Positions 37,951-57,061 of a DNA stretch of 64,000 nt are shown piece by piece. The notes below the pieces were generated by a model, which was not told the origin of the DNA, did no database searches, and was given only the letters and a program-made list of their open reading frames with translations. Each line of letters begins with the position of its first letter. Within the stretch, counting starts at the first letter, position 1. Source of the DNA: the human T2T-CHM13v2.0 reference genome, Homo sapiens; NCBI RefSeq assembly GCF_009914755.1, contig NC_060929.1. One strand, 5' to 3'. A program made the translations under genes and the position numbers.

Positions 37951-38654
37951 AAGGGAGTTGGGGTGGAGGAGAAATCTCTACTAGGTGAATAGCTACAGAG
38001 TCCTCCCACACAACAGACCTAGGGGATCAGTATTTTCAGGACGGTCTTGGAATGAGTCTCAAAATGAGAAAGTCACCAGCTTTATCATGAGATGGATGGT
38101 GAAATTATTTACATTTTAAAACATTTGATACATTATTGGTTTAAGAGGAAAAAGAAGCTTTGATTCAAGGAATCAAAGGGTGGATATTTGGGTGATAGTT
38201 CTCTTGGCCAAGCCAGTTGCTGAATCTGCCTAAATGAAATAATTGATTTTGAGGCCTTTAAATATTATTGTGTCTTCTCAAGGTTGTATGTGTCATAATT
38301 GGTCCAAAATGAATTTCTTTGCTTAATTTCTAGTTAAAGCGAAAATACTTCTCATGCCTCTGTTTGAGCTCCCAAGGTATTTGCAAGCCTAAATTGCTTG
38401 GCCTTTTGACTTGCAAGTGGTTAATTTATTTCTACCTCTCCTGTTTCCAGCCTGCAGTTTGGGTATTCAGAGGCTAAAGAGCCTTTTCAGGGTGTCTGGT
38501 ATTTTTGTTGATGTTGTTTTGCTTTGTTTTACATTTCCAAATCCAGGAAACGGCTGTGGTTAAGAGGTTAAGAGGCCCAGAATGATAGGGCTCCCATATT
38601 TACCAGGCAACCATGGTACCCAGCGCAGCACAGAGCCTGCTTACTCAGGATTGG

Positions 38655-39256
38655 TTTTATTTATATTTTTTTAAATTGAGGTAAAATTAACCATTTTAAA
38701 GTGTACAATTCAGTGGCATTTAGTATGTCCGCAATGTTGTGCAACTGTCTGTGTAATTCCAAAACATTTTCATCATCCCTCAAAAGAGACCCTGTATCCA
38801 TTAAGCGGTCACTCGCTATTGGCCCCTCTGCAGCTCTTGGCAACCACTAAGCTGAACCCTGTGTCTATGGATATAACTCTTCGGGATGGTTTATATAAGT
38901 GAAATAATACAACCTTCTGTGTATTATTCCACTTATATGTATTCTGTGACCTTCTGTGTCTGGCTTCTTACGCTTAGCATAATGTTGTCGTCTGTGTTGT
39001 AGCACGTATCCCAACCTTCATTTCTTTATATGGCCAAATAGTATTCTATCATGTGGATGCACCACATTTTGTGTATCCATTCATCTGTTGATGAACATTT
39101 GGGCTGTTTCTACCTTTTGACTACTGTCAACACTGTTTTGTTACTATGAACATCCATGCTGAGTATTTGTTTGAATAACTTATCAGTTCATTGGGGCATA
39201 TACTTAAGAGTGGAATTGCTCAGTCATATGGTTATTCTGTGTTTACCTTTTTGAGG
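38655..39256 (-). mobile_element. L1MB-type 3' end
   Basis: ttttaaagtgtacaattcagtggcatttagta...tatccattcatctgttgatgaacatttgggctgtttc...gtggaattgct. Confidence 0.9.
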
Positions 39257-40044
39257 GCTCAGCGTTGGTTTCAGTGGTTTAGCTCCTGGGCTGCCATTAG
39301 GGCCATTAGAGGAGCTTTGCTAGGATCATAAAATCTGAGCATTAGAAAGAACCTTAAAAATCATGTAATCTGTCTTCTCACCCATCACAGGAAGTCTGTC
39401 TGGAACAAACCTTGTAGAGGCCCCTCATCCTCTACATGCGTAATTCTGGAGCAGAGGAGGGGCGCCTTACCTCCCAAGCCTGGCTATCCTGTCTATAGCT
39501 AGCCTGACCTGATGGCTTGCCCTAGTTCTGCCCTACAGAGAAGCTTTTTTAAACCTGGAATCCATGGACTCTTAGGGCTTATCCACAGATGAGCTTCAGT
39601 GTGGAGAGGTGGGGTAAGAGTTTGTAACTTTCATTACTGAGGGGTCCCTGACCACATTTTGAGGTGACTCAATGATGTCATCTCTTTGTCCTATCCATGA
39701 GCTTTTTGCAGGTTTGCTAGCAAACTGTTGCCTGATTGATGGTTGTTCTCTGCTCACCTTTGACCTCAGATGCAAAGACCGGCACAGGGAGATGTTTTCT
39801 CAAATGCCCACCTCTAAGAGGATGGAGCCCAGGCCAGAAGGCTGAGCAGAAGGAGGTGGGAGGCCAAAAAACATGGCAGGTCCCTCACATGGGCCCCACT
39901 GCCTGTGAACTTGGCCACCTGTGGTTTACTGCAGATGCTTGAAAGAATTTGCTATCTAAGAGATTGTTTCCTTGGAGAAGGCCATTTCTAAGAGAGCTGA
40001 GAAGGTCCTTGAAAGTTCCATAATTTATGATGTTCATAGAGTAG

Positions 40045-40368
<324 letters not shown>

Positions 40369-40384
40369 GGGAGCAGCTTTTTAA

Positions 40385-40640
40385 ATAAACTTTTTATTGA
40401 ATTATAATATGCACACAGAAAAGGGCACAATCACAATATAGTACAAGCCGTGATTCCATTTATGTGAAGTATCAGAACAGGCCAAACTTACCTGTGCTGT
40501 TAGAATTCGGGGTGGGTTACCTTCCAGTGGATAGTGCCTGGAAGGGAGTACAGGGGCTGCCCTGGGGTGCTGGTGATGTTCCAATTCTTGATGGGAACAA
40601 CGCTTTGTGATTTAACAGAATTTCAAACCGTATTTAGCAT
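40385..40640. mobile_element. Old L1M 3' fragments
   Basis: tgattccatttatgtgaagt...gggtgctggtgatgttc. Confidence 0.6.
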
Positions 40641-41103
40641 GCATCAAACTGAGGATGAAAAAATCCTGGGGGTTCAAATGGTTGACAGCTAAGGCTTGTG
40701 CTTTGGGGATATCTTTCGTTTCTGTCTTTCTGGCATCTTTCCCCCGTTCTCTTGCTTTGGAGCTCATTCTTTCTCACTCTCAATCCACGTGCTGCGTGTG
40801 GTCTGACCCACACTCTGGTCCCAGGAGCAGGCAGAAAACTCAGGGACTGGCTAAGTGATAGGCACATGATCCAAGTCAGACAATGAGTCTATTCTGGGAC
40901 TTTTTCTGGAACCAGTGTGAAAGAGGCACATGCTCTCAGCTGGGGTTTCCAAGCTGGTACGATAGAAGCTTTGCCTTCTGGTGGCCGTCTTTACTCCCAT
41001 GTGCAGAGTGCCAACTGGGAACGAAGCCAGTACATTCAGAAAAGTCGCGATTCCTGGTGACAGTATATGCAGATCCAGCTGTGTTGAGAGCTATCGCCGT
41101 TCC

Positions 41104-42274
<1,171 letters not shown>

Positions 42275-42856
42275 ATTCCTCGAGGATTTTTTGTTTACAT
42301 GCATCAGTAAATTCCTTTGTCTGTCTCTGCCCTTCAGAATGGTTGCTATCCCTTGGCTTCAAGGTTCTGACTACATAAAGAGATTCATTTCTCGGTCAGG
42401 TCAGTTGGAACTGCTAATATACTTGCCCAGCGTTGAACCCTCCACTGCATCTCTCAGCCTCTTCATGAGCCGTGGAGCGTGGATATGATGGCAGCTCAAG
42501 ATTGGTGGGAGAGTGCAGGAGAAGGGGAGGGCTTCAGAAGTAGCTGGTGGGTTGGAGGGATGAGCTGAAGGGGCTGGTTCTGAAATTGTGTTGGCACAGC
42601 TCACGCACTATTTTTGCCTAGTGTGTTTATTTGGGATGGTGTGGTGGGGGCACTTCGTGCTGTCACTGGGTCACTGCTGCCTCCTATTCTCCTGGTAGTT
42701 GGATCTCGATGCTTTTTTAAAATCTGTAAGATAAAAGTGTAAGAGATGAGAGTATGTAGCTTGATGGGAGCTTACCATCTGGTAAAGCTAACCAAGAAGA
42801 GCCCAATAATGACCTTCCATGACCCATTTGTAAACTCTGTATTTTAAAATATTCCA

Positions 42857-43338
<482 letters not shown>

Positions 43339-44046
43339 CTAAGGTGACAGTTTTCAGAATACAGCTGTTAAGGTGGTCCTATCTGGGGGCAGAGGGATGC
43401 AGTAAATAAAAATCATCTAAAACGGAGGTAATGCTAACAGTATCTTGTGTTTTGCTATGCAGTTTTCAGCTATTCACTGGGTGGAAAATATTCTTCAATA
43501 AAATATTTGATGACTTGAGGCAACTTTGTCAGTAAACATAAAAAAGAATATCATTAAAATAATCAATAGGCTTCCTTATTTTTGGCTTATCTTCCTGTCA
43601 CTGCTCGCGTTCTGCCTGGAAGTCTGCACAGGGCTCGTGGGTGCTACGGCAGTGTATGAGGATCTGTTACAGGCTCAGCTGTGAAAGCCACTCAATAAGG
43701 ACCTGTTGGCTTGACCTAGTTTGATGCAGGTTTTCTGCACTGAATCCACAAGTCTACCAACAGCCCATAATCTTGTTTCAATTTATCATTCTACCTTCTT
43801 GACCCATTTGCCCACGCTAATGTGAACAAAGAAAACATTTCACTAAATCTACAGGAATAAATATTTTAGATCTTAAAACTGTTTATGCAGATGGAACTAC
43901 ATATTCTTATAATACTGAAAAGTTTAGAGATGAGCACTGGTTAATTGCCTTATTTTATTGGCGAGGGGAAGTGGCTTGCCAAATCAGTGGCAGAATAAGG
44001 TTAGACCTCAGATCTATGGTGCTGCCTAACCTGAAGGTATGGCCAC

Positions 44047-44457
44047 TGATAGTGTGGATATTTGTCCCAGCCCAAATCCCCAGTGTTGGAGGTGGGGCCT
44101 GCTGGGAGGTGTTTGGATCATGGGGGCAGATCTATCATGAATGACTTGGGCCATCTCCTTGGTGATAAGTGAGCTCTCACTCGGAGTTCACACAGGATCT
44201 GAGATCTGGTGGTTTAAATGTGTGTGGCACCTCCCCCCAATTCTCTTTCCCTTACTCCCATTTTCACCATGGGACGTGCTTGCTCCCACTTCGCCTTCCA
44301 CCATGAGTAAAAGCTTCCTGAGGCCTCCCCAGAAGCAGATGCCAGCACTATGCTTCCTATACAGCCTGCAGAATCATGAGCCAATTAAACCTCTTTTCTT
44401 TATAAGTTACCCAGACTCAAGTATTTCTTTATGGCAATGCAAGAATGACCTAATATG
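44047..44457 (+). mobile_element. MSTA/MSTB MaLR solo LTR
   Basis: ggaggtggggcctgctgggaggtgtttggatcatgggg...ccaattaaacctcttttc; TSD SCCAC. Confidence 0.9.
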
Positions 44458-44524
44458 CCCACTTACACCTTAGCACTGGGGTGGATGCAGCCATTTTATG
44501 GAATGTCAGAGCAGTCTACTTCTT

Positions 44525-44825
44525 TTTTTTTTTTTTTTTTTTTTTTGAGATGGAGTCTCGCTGTCTCCCAGGCTGGAGTGCAGTGGCGCCATCTCGGCTC
44601 ACTGCAAGCTCCGCCTCTCAGGTTCACGCCATTCTCCTGCCTCAGCCTCCTGAGTAGCTGGGACTACAGGCGCCCACCACCACGCCCAGCTAATTTGTTG
44701 TATTTTTAGTAGAGATGGGGTTTCACCGTGTTAGCCAGGATGGTCTCGATCTCCTGACCTCGTGATCCGCCCGCCTTGGCCTCCCAAAGTGCTGGGATTA
44801 CAGGCGTGAGCTACCGCGCCCGGCC
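44525..44825 (-). mobile_element. AluY
   Basis: gcaagctccgcc, ttcacgccattc; 17-bp TSD AGAGCAGTCTACTTCTT. Confidence 0.97.
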
Positions 44826-45184
44826 AGAGCAGTCTACTTCTTATAGGGAAAGGATCTGAGGCCAGTCCTGCTACTGTACAGCGTTCACACTAATGTACAT
44901 ATCCTCAAGAGATGCTAAATGGGGACCAGAATGGCCATAGGTCATTCAATAACTTCACTTTTAGCTGTTGTTACAAATTCCTCCTCCTGTATGTGGCTTA
45001 TCGGAGTGGCTAAAATAATGCAGATGTCCTCTTGAGGTTTCATCTCCTTTCTTCTCCTTCCTCTGGTGGGGAGGCTGGAGAGCAGTAGTATCCAGAAGGA
45101 AAATGTGCCAATAATTTCTAGCTGGATAAATCTGCTTTAAAACTGTATCATGACTACTTAGAATGAAATAAGCACTTGTTCCGG

Positions 45185-45370
45185 GCTCTTTATAGAGCAG
45201 GTGTCCTGCACAGTGCTTATGTGGATTATTTCATTAATTCTCATAAGAACCGTATGAAACAGACATTGCTACTAGCCCTACTTTTCTGATGAGGAAACTG
45301 AGGCTCAGAGATGTGAAGTAACCTGCTCAGGGCCACCCAGGTCTGCCTAAGTGCAAGCTTCAATCACCAT
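45185..45370 (-). mobile_element. MIR
   Basis: gatgaggaaactgaggctcagagatgtgaagtaacctgctcagggccac. Confidence 0.8.
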
Positions 45371-46065
45371 GGAAGACAACAGACCTGAAGGGTAGCAGTG
45401 AAAATTACATTTTTGGAATGTTCGAGAGATCACAAGATATGAAATCTACAATGTATTCAGATCATGGGAATTTTTCCCAGAATCGTTTCGTTCCAGAGAG
45501 CTGAGAAAATGATAGCGCACCTCACCACACATGGAGTCCTCAGCTTTAACCTCAGACTTTCTCACAACTGCCCAGTCTGATAACGGAAATTCTTCACCTG
45601 CAGTGAGTGGAAATCTTGATGATCCTTGGAGGGGCTTCTGGGTGGCCAGCCGTGTATTGTTGCTTGGTTGTGCTTTTAGGGTTGTCTGGCTTGTGTGGGT
45701 GCTGGGTTTGTCGGTGCAGAGAGCACAGCTGGTTCCAGGCTGGCTTCAGAAGGCTGCAGGCAGATTCCTGGGGAGAGGGTGACACTATAGCGCCAGTTCT
45801 TCTTACAGCCTTGTTCTGCACTTTCTAAAAATATTCCTGACAAACAGCTAATGGGCATTTTGGCCATTCTATTGCCAAACTATTGCTGCCATTTCAAATG
45901 GAATGCTTCTCCTTCAAGCCTGTTCATCTTGACTTATATGATGGGGATAGATTCATCCGTTTCATGGGACTTCACAACAGCCCACTCACCAGAGGCTCTT
46001 TGAAAACAATCAAGTGCATTTTTGCCTCTTTTAGAAAATGTTGCATGTTTATTTCTAGTCAAAAA

Positions 46066-46092
46066 TAAATGAAATGAAATGAAATGAAATAA
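46066..46092. repeat. (GAAAT)n
   Basis: Seen directly. Confidence 0.85.
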
Positions 46093-46233
46093 AAGCTTCA
46101 TTGGGAAGAACACAGCTGCAGTTATTGCCTAAGTATCGTTTAGCGATACACAAGGAGAGGGAGCCCCATCTCTTTAGAAAAGTGGTTGTTTCTGAAGTTA
46201 AGGAAGACTAAGGGGCAAATACAGGATTTTTAA

Positions 46234-46651
<418 letters not shown>

Positions 46652-46944
46652 TAAATACATCCTGCAGAACTAATAGGAAATAAAGACAATTTTTTATTCA
46701 TCAGAGCATCATTTATGGTAGCAAAAAAAAATGGGCCATAACCTAAATTCTCAACAATAGAATTAGCAGAATAAATTATGTTGATCCATTTGTTGTAGTA
46801 TTATATAGTTATTAAAATGTCAGTCTTTGAAGAATGATAATTATATGATAAAATGTTTAAGATAAAAGAAGGGAAGATATGAGGAGACTTCAAAAAGTTA
46901 GCAGAAAATGGGATTAAAAGATAAAAATAAAAAAAAGATAAACT

Positions 46945-48315
<1,371 letters not shown>

Positions 48316-48879
48316 GTTTCTAACAGGGTTTTTCAAACTGATGTCTTATCCTTCTTAGTGCCTCAAACTACATCCTGTTCAGACATGTTTTAACATGCTA
48401 GTAGAAGTCTATTTGGGGGCAAAAAATTGTTTGAAATCCATGCATAATTTTTAATAATATACATCTCCCATGTACTTTTTGAAGACCCCTTGTACAAGCT
48501 TTAAAATTGCACTTATAGTCAGATCTTGTACAATAGTGTGTACACACACACACACACACACACACACACTTCAGAAAAAGATTGAAGAAATAACTCAAAA
48601 TTGTGGTGGTTTCTGGTTGGTGAGATTGTGGGTGACTTTATTTTCTTTATGCATTTCTCTATTTCCCCCAATTTTTGGCAATGAAAATTGATTCAGTTTA
48701 AAGCCAAGATTTTTTTTTTTTTTTAAAAAGGCTCCTCCCAGAATTTTTTTTTAGACGTTTGTTACTTGTGCATCCATAGCTCCATGGTGAATTAGAACCT
48801 GAAGCCTGCAAGATCACAGCAGGTCTGAGTTCTAGTCTGTGCAATAAACAAGGGACTGGACTCTAGTAAAATACAAGTA

Positions 48880-49000
48880 AAAGCTGAACTTGGAGTCAGA
48901 ATACCAGAGTTCTCATCCAAACTTCCCTCTCTTACTAGCTGAGAGCCTTGGGGAAACCATTATGTACTCTGAGTTCCTCTCATTGCCAAGTCTCTTGGAA
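48880..49000 (+). mobile_element. MIR
   Basis: ttggagtcagaataccagagttc...cttactagctgagagccttggggaa. Confidence 0.65.
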
Positions 49001-49999
49001 GAGGAATGGACCCACCACTGCCAGTTCTAGGCAAAACTGTGAAGCAGCCAAACACTTGTGCCTTTGCTTCTGTCTTGGTGTTTGTTCTCCCTGCACAGGG
49101 CTCCCCAACCCCCCCGTGCATACTCTCATGCTGCCTGCAACTCTCTCCTACTGAAAACTGCTCTTTGGAAAGAATCTGGTTCATTCCTTCAAACACATAT
49201 TCATAAGTACAAGGTGCATTGACTAGTGAAATCTTAACCCAGGACCCTGCCTAGAGATGGCTTCATTTTCTAGGGAAAAGGAAACAACCTGTAAATCAAA
49301 GGGCAGCCTTTCCTCCAGAAAACTGCATAGTGGAGGTCTCTGACCAATGTGGTGGAACTAAAGTCCAGCCTTGATTGCTTCCCCACTTTGGGGACTTTGA
49401 ATTGAGGCCCTCTTCTTATGAATAGGTACAGGAAAGTCAATTATCTTTTCTAAATGGGACTTAACCCTGTCATTGCAGTCTTCTATTACATTAGTCTTCT
49501 AATCCTTCATGGATTCTGTAGCCACACATAAGAAGTCATCCTACTTTCTTCACGGGGTTATTGCGAAAAGTGAAACAACACAGGTGAAATAATTCTTGGC
49601 AAAGTGTAAGGTAAAGGTTGCCTCTTGGAAGCACGTGGGCTGAGCTTGATGTGGATGGTTTTGTTGAGTTTGCACAGTGGTTACTTTTTATTTTTTATTA
49701 AAGACTGAAATGGTTGTAAATATTTGAAAATTAAGAGATATTATGTTTGAAAGTGTGACTTTTTTTTTTTTTTTTTCATTTCCCCGGGCCCTGACATTCT
49801 GGCATGGCTCTAATCTGTTGGAGCCCAGTTGGAGCCCATCACTATTAGGGGAACCCAACCCTCAGCAACCCCCTCCCCCAACTCCCCCCCTCCCCACCCC
49901 ATTCCCCCACCACTGTTTCTACCCCAGGGGATGGTGGTCTTGAACAGCTGAGGCTGTGGATTCAGAGCTTCCTGCCCTGAGTCTCTGCTCTAGCATTTG

Positions 50000-50180
50000 C
50001 TGGTTGTTTGACTTTGGCCAACCTAGTAAACTTGCAGAGCCATAACTTGCTAGGGCCTCTGTTTCTTCATCTGTAAAGTGGAATAATATTCGTGTCTTCC
50101 CAGAGGACTGTAGCAAGGACTAGGAAAAATGCTTGTGATACACTTAGAACAAGCCCTGGTACACAAAGGGCTTTGATCAG
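50000..50180 (+). mobile_element. MIR
   Basis: gcctctgtttcttcatctgtaaagtggaataata...cacttagaacaagccctggtacaca. Confidence 0.7.
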
Positions 50181-50520
50181 TTACCTGCTTGGTCTCTAAA
50201 AGCATTTGGCTTACCAACTACTGCTGGAAGATGTGAATTAAATGAAGATTATTGTTTCTTCTGTTTGTCAACCTAGTACTTTTTCTGCTATGTGTTATTT
50301 GGTAGTGCTAGATAGAAAATTGAGCTTCTAAGTGAATTCAGAAACTTTTCCAAATATTCTTTCTGATTAGCCAGTCCATCTTCACCTTTGGAGGATGTTA
50401 TATGAATAGCATTAGTACTCTTTTCCCCTGCTGAATTCTGCCATACATACATTGATTTTGACCTACTCTGAATCTCTTTAGTGTTGAGTATGTCATGTAT
50501 TTTCATATTAGGTTATATTC

Positions 50521-50807
50521 TTTTTTCTTTTTTTTTTTTTTGATACAGGGTCTTACTCTGCTGCCCAGGCTGGAGTGCAGTGGCACAATCATGGCTCACT
50601 GAAGCCTCAACCTTCCCGGGCTCAGGTGATCCTCCAGCCTCAGCATCCCCAATGGCTGGCATTACAGGCATGCGCCACCATGCCCGGCCAATCTTTGTAT
50701 TTTTTTGTAGAGATAGGTATTCGCCATGTTGCCCAGGGCTCAAGCGATCCACCCATCTCGGCCTCCCAAAGTGCTGGGACTACAGACGTGAGCCACTGTG
50801 CCTGGCC
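50521..50807 (-). mobile_element. Alu (AluJ), small internal deletion
   Basis: TSD TATATTCT; junction gttgcccagggctcaagcg. Confidence 0.93.
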
Positions 50808-52138
50808 TATATTCTACTGCTTGTCGTTGCTTGTATTTTCTTTTCTGGTACAGTGGAAGTCTGTCATATTTTTATGCTATTGTATCTTGCATGATGCCTA
50901 GCATATTGAAAATAATAAATAAATTGCTCATGGAATGAATAGTTTAAATCATCGCTAGAAATAGGGGAATGGCTCTTTTGAAGGCAGGCCTATGGCATCC
51001 AGGTTCTTTTAGGACAAATCTTTCACCTGTTCCTTCATCCTTCAGTTCATCCATTCATTCGTCCATCTATCCCCAGCAACCACTGAGAGGGTGCCCACTC
51101 TCTGTCAGATTCTCAGCTAGGATATTGGTGCCTCAGATATGAAAGAAATGGAAGAAACATGCCCCACGGAAGAAACTGAAAGACCAGGTATGCATGATGT
51201 GTAGTTTGCTAATCCAGACAATGACTGTGCATTTTGAGAGGCTAGTAGGTGAGAAAATGAAATAAAGAATTCTAGACTCAGCTAATTGGCTCAGGCGGCA
51301 TCAAATATAGAGTTTTCTGTCCTAGTCTTTCCTTTTCTTCCCTTTAATTGTGCCTGTTTGTAACCAAAGCACAAGTAACTTCTTACTAATGTGGTAAGAG
51401 CTTTATACAGGGCTGATCTGCAAAGCAGAACTGGTTTGTCTGGAACTTTCTGAGGTGGTTACTTTCTAAAGAGTTTATAGGTGGAATCTTTTTCTTGGCA
51501 TCATTGAACCATGAAGTCTGGTCCTTTTGAGGTCTATGGCTTGGTTGTTGATTTAACCCTGCTCTGATGTTGTTTCCATTTCTAAATCACACTCATGTAC
51601 TGAAAATTATATCGGTTCCTTGAAATTGGGCAGAGTTGTTAGTTTGGCTTTTTTCAAAACTAGGGTGGGACTTTGCCTTGCGTATATTTACTGGCCACTA
51701 ACAAAGAAGGGTCAGGAGCAGGTCTGTCACATCCTTACTAGGTAAAAAAAGTCCGTTCTTTCACAGCTGGTATCCAAGAGAGGGTCTTAATTCACTTCCA
51801 AAAAAAAGAAGGAAAAGAAAAAAGAAAACGAGTTGTTTAAAGTGCCTTTTGATATTGATATCATTTGAAAGAATTATATAATCTTTTTTGACATGTATTC
51901 TCCAATATTAGCTCGATTTGAATTCTGAAAAAAAAAAGAAGAAAGATTTTTCCCCTTCATGGTTGAACAGGAAAGAATCTCACTGTAAAAACACCGTATT
52001 CTCTTTCTCCTTTTTTGCATGCATAATTATTGAGTCCAAGGATATAGTCAAATTATTTCAGAAGGTTTTAGTGAACAACTGAATAGCTTAATCATGCTAA
52101 AAAGAATTTTCCCTCTGCTAGGATAAGAAGCTCTGTGT

Positions 52139-52533
<395 letters not shown>

Positions 52534-52704
52534 TTAAGCAATATTTTTCATATTAATAAAGAAATTTGTGTTTATTGTAGAAAAAATAGACTATGTGGAT
52601 GGACCCAAAGGGGTATAAAGACCAATAACACCACCATCCAGATAAAAACACTGGTCACACCTCTTCGTATGTGTGGGTACGTGTGTGTAGAGAGTTTTAG
52701 TTCC

Positions 52705-52800
52705 GTTTATTTTGTACATTGTTTTATCCCCAGCATCTAGAATAGTGTCTGATACACAGTAGGTGCTCAATAAGTATTTTTTGATAAAAATAAATGGATT
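52705..52800 (+). mobile_element. L2 3' end
   Basis: tatccccagcatctagaatagtgtctgatacacagtaggtgctcaataagtattt. Confidence 0.8.
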
Positions 52801-54114
52801 CAAGTGGATGTGGGAAGTCTTTGTCCTCCAAGAAGCTCTCACACACGCCCTGGAGAGACATCCTTGCCCAGGTCTCACTAACTGTGAAGCCCAAATCACC
52901 TTCGCTCATGCTTTCACGCTCCCTCTCACCTTTCAATACCAACATGCTCATTAGAGTCGTCCATTTTTGCAAAAAGCATTCCATTAGCCTTTTAGCCTTC
53001 CTGTTTTAGCATCTTCCCCTCTTTGGAGGTGAAGACTTCTTTGTAAGGTCAAATTTCTTCTATTTCTAGTTGTATTAGGTCACTGCGTCCTATCTTAGTG
53101 AATGTTCAGTGATCATCTTGTAATTTTGTGGTAAGGTGTTTCCTAACTCATGTAAATGATTTTTTTTTTTTTGCTAATATTAAGAAATAATGGGTCTGTT
53201 CTAGGAAGCAGAATGTTAAATTTCAGCAGAATTGGTCTGAATTGTGCCTTCTACTATAGCCAGAATCTGAGAGGGACACAAAATAACCTAGCGAAACTTG
53301 ATCCATAGAGCCAAGTGGAGGGCCTAGCATTATAGCAAGCCACTGCATAGATTGTTTCTGAGAGCAGCAGAAGCAACCAAGTATAGGGCTCTAAATAGAA
53401 CTGTGGAGCTCTAGCTGGTTTGGTCTGATTGGAAGAGACTGTTGGTTGGATTCTGGGCATCCTGGGCAGAAGTCACTGCCAATCCCTAAAGAAATGAGAG
53501 AATAATCTTGGCTTTGGCCAAGACAAATGCCCAGGTTCAACCAGGGCAGCATTTTTATGGCTCTGCCTTCATGGCCTCAGGAAGTTGAAGTCCTTTTGAG
53601 TAGCTTCCTGAACAGATGAGGTATAGACCAGCGAGGGCAAATCAATGTCAATTTTTGCATTGACTCCTTTTCTTGGCTGTCTGAATTGTTTTGAGAAGAT
53701 TCTATGGCTTTGTCTAGGATCAGCAGGAAACAGAGCTGTGATCCATTAACAATGTCCATCGTGGGTGCAGAAGTGGGAGTGGATTGGTGTGCCAACTGTT
53801 TGTCATTCTTGGTATACACAAGGGATTGTGCTCAAAAATAGAATTTTAAATCATCGCCCTGGCAAAAATATGTTACAAAGGGCACGGTGACCAGTGATTT
53901 TTCATAAAATTAGGATACTTGAGAGTAAAAGGGGTGCTATTATCCAAGGACAACAGGAGCAAACAAGTACCTATGACACTTGGTTCATTGCAAATAATCC
54001 TCAAATGGAAAGGTGTTCTGTGTGTCCTCACCCCGAGTTTCAGAGGCCACTTGGGCAAGGCTTTTCCACTGTGCTCTGCACTCTTTCCCAGGGAACCCTT
54101 TGATTTCTTCCCAA

Positions 54115-54876
<762 letters not shown>

Positions 54877-55634
54877 GTCTCAACTCGCCAATCTGACAGT
54901 GAGTGACCCAAGCATCCACCTCCTTTTGTCCTCCATGTTTGTGTGAAGGAGTTCACAGTAAGAGTTCCATGGCTTGGGGGCTCTGGCCAGCTTCCCGGGC
55001 ATGTCCAACACTGACTTCTGCTCCGCCTGGTGGCAGAACCATCCAATCCTTGTACCGTGCTCAAGGAGTTGTTTTCCAAATGCCCAGGTCGCCTTCCCAC
55101 TCCCTGTGGTGTGAATTGCTGTGCCACTGGACCTCAGAGAGCTAGCTCCCCAATACTCCAGCCCCATAATCCTGCCCCAGGAACCTGCCAGCCAGCATTC
55201 TGTACCACATGGCAGAGTGCTCAAGCATGGCCCATAGACCTGTTGACGGAGCATGAGAGTTGGGATTCCCAAGGTATGTGATTGTTTTTTCTCTGTTAAA
55301 ACTCTGGATCTACTTGTATTCCCAAGAAGGTCCTCATTCCTTAGATTACCATGAAAAAGTTCAGGCTATGTGGAACTGAAGTCACAAATTTAAAATGATA
55401 CCATGGGTGGCTGGCCCTTGCCAGCAAAGGTACATTCTGGAAATGTCTAGTTGGCTGTCTTCCTGGTTCATGTGTTGGCCTTGCTCAGACAAGCCACTCG
55501 AGAGTGCTAGCTCCATTTCCCAGACTGAGCAACAAGATATTTGATCAGACAAATAATATCCTTGACCTACCACGACATATTCATTTTTTTGTTTTGCTGT
55601 TGTTGTCGCATCTATTTGCCAACAGGAGATGAGA

Positions 55635-55745
55635 GCGTTGGAGTCAGAAGCCTTGGATTCTAGACCCGACTTGCTCACAAATTATTTGTATGACTATGGA
55701 CATGTCATTTCCCCAGCCACTCCCCATTCTTCATCTGTAAAGTGG
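55635..55745 (+). mobile_element. MIR
   Basis: ttggagtcagaagccttggattctagacc...tcttcatctgtaaagtgg. Confidence 0.65.
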
Positions 55746-56737
55746 CTGGGGGAACCAAATCAGTGGTCATCAAGCTGTTTCAGAGACAATATCCCCCTTT
55801 CAAAACATAGCACATAATTCCAACAGCCCAAACCCAAGCTGCTCTCATTGAACCTTCAGGCTCCTCTTCAGAGAAGGCAGGATGGGTCTTTCTGACGCCC
55901 CCAGCAGCAGAAGCTGTGGGGTTTCTCTCCTGCTGCCTGCCTTCTGGCCATCCTTCTGGGAAAGGCTGTTCCCTGCATGTAGGCATTCCTGGCAAGGGGT
56001 GGGTGGGAAAATTAAAAGGAGATGAAATTTAAATCTCTCCAGTTTGCTGCTTGTCAGCAGCTCTGATCACACGCTTGGTTGGGGTGGAGTTTGAAACCAA
56101 AGACTCGGAAAAGGTTTTAGGTTATCTGTGCATTTGCAGTTCCAGGTGTGAGGTTATCTTCACATTGCAATGACAGATTTTAGGTTACCTGGGCATTGCA
56201 ATTCCAGTGGGGCTGGGCTTGTTGCACCTGGGAGTGTGTGATGTGGGTGGATTGCCCTGTTCTGTGTCTCTGCCTAGCACTGGTCCTCCAGAGCACTGGT
56301 TCTCAGGCCTGGAGTAGCACTGGAATAACCCTGACCTTGGAGTTCTCCAGTCCCTTGTCAGCACTCACTAAAATTAGGAGCAGCCCTAAGCTAGCAAGAT
56401 CAAAGAACTTCATTAACTCTCTATTTCATGGGGGGGGCCTTAATTTGTATTCACTTCTTACATTTTGCAATACTGTGAGGTAGGGCTTATTGTTTTAAAG
56501 TTGTTTCCCTGCTTATCTGTCTCCTGGTAGCATTGAACATGCCTTGAGAGGCAGGAAGGATATTTCACCTGTGCATCTTTTGCCCTAGATCAGTGACACA
56601 GCATAGGCCCACAGATACTTGTTTGTTTTCCATGCCTTGTATTGGTGAGTAAATAAGAAAATGAAGCTCAGAGGGGTTAAGTGATTAGCATGGCAGTAAA
56701 TCTGGGGTAGACGTCTGTCTCCATTGTGCCTAGCTGA

Positions 56738-57061
<324 letters not shown>

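Noticed and set aside
42338-42399. 62-nt candidate exon (CTTCAG acceptor, CAG|GTCAGT donor)
   Set aside because: Acceptor lies in an MLT1 LTR end; splice-like motifs alone are insufficient.
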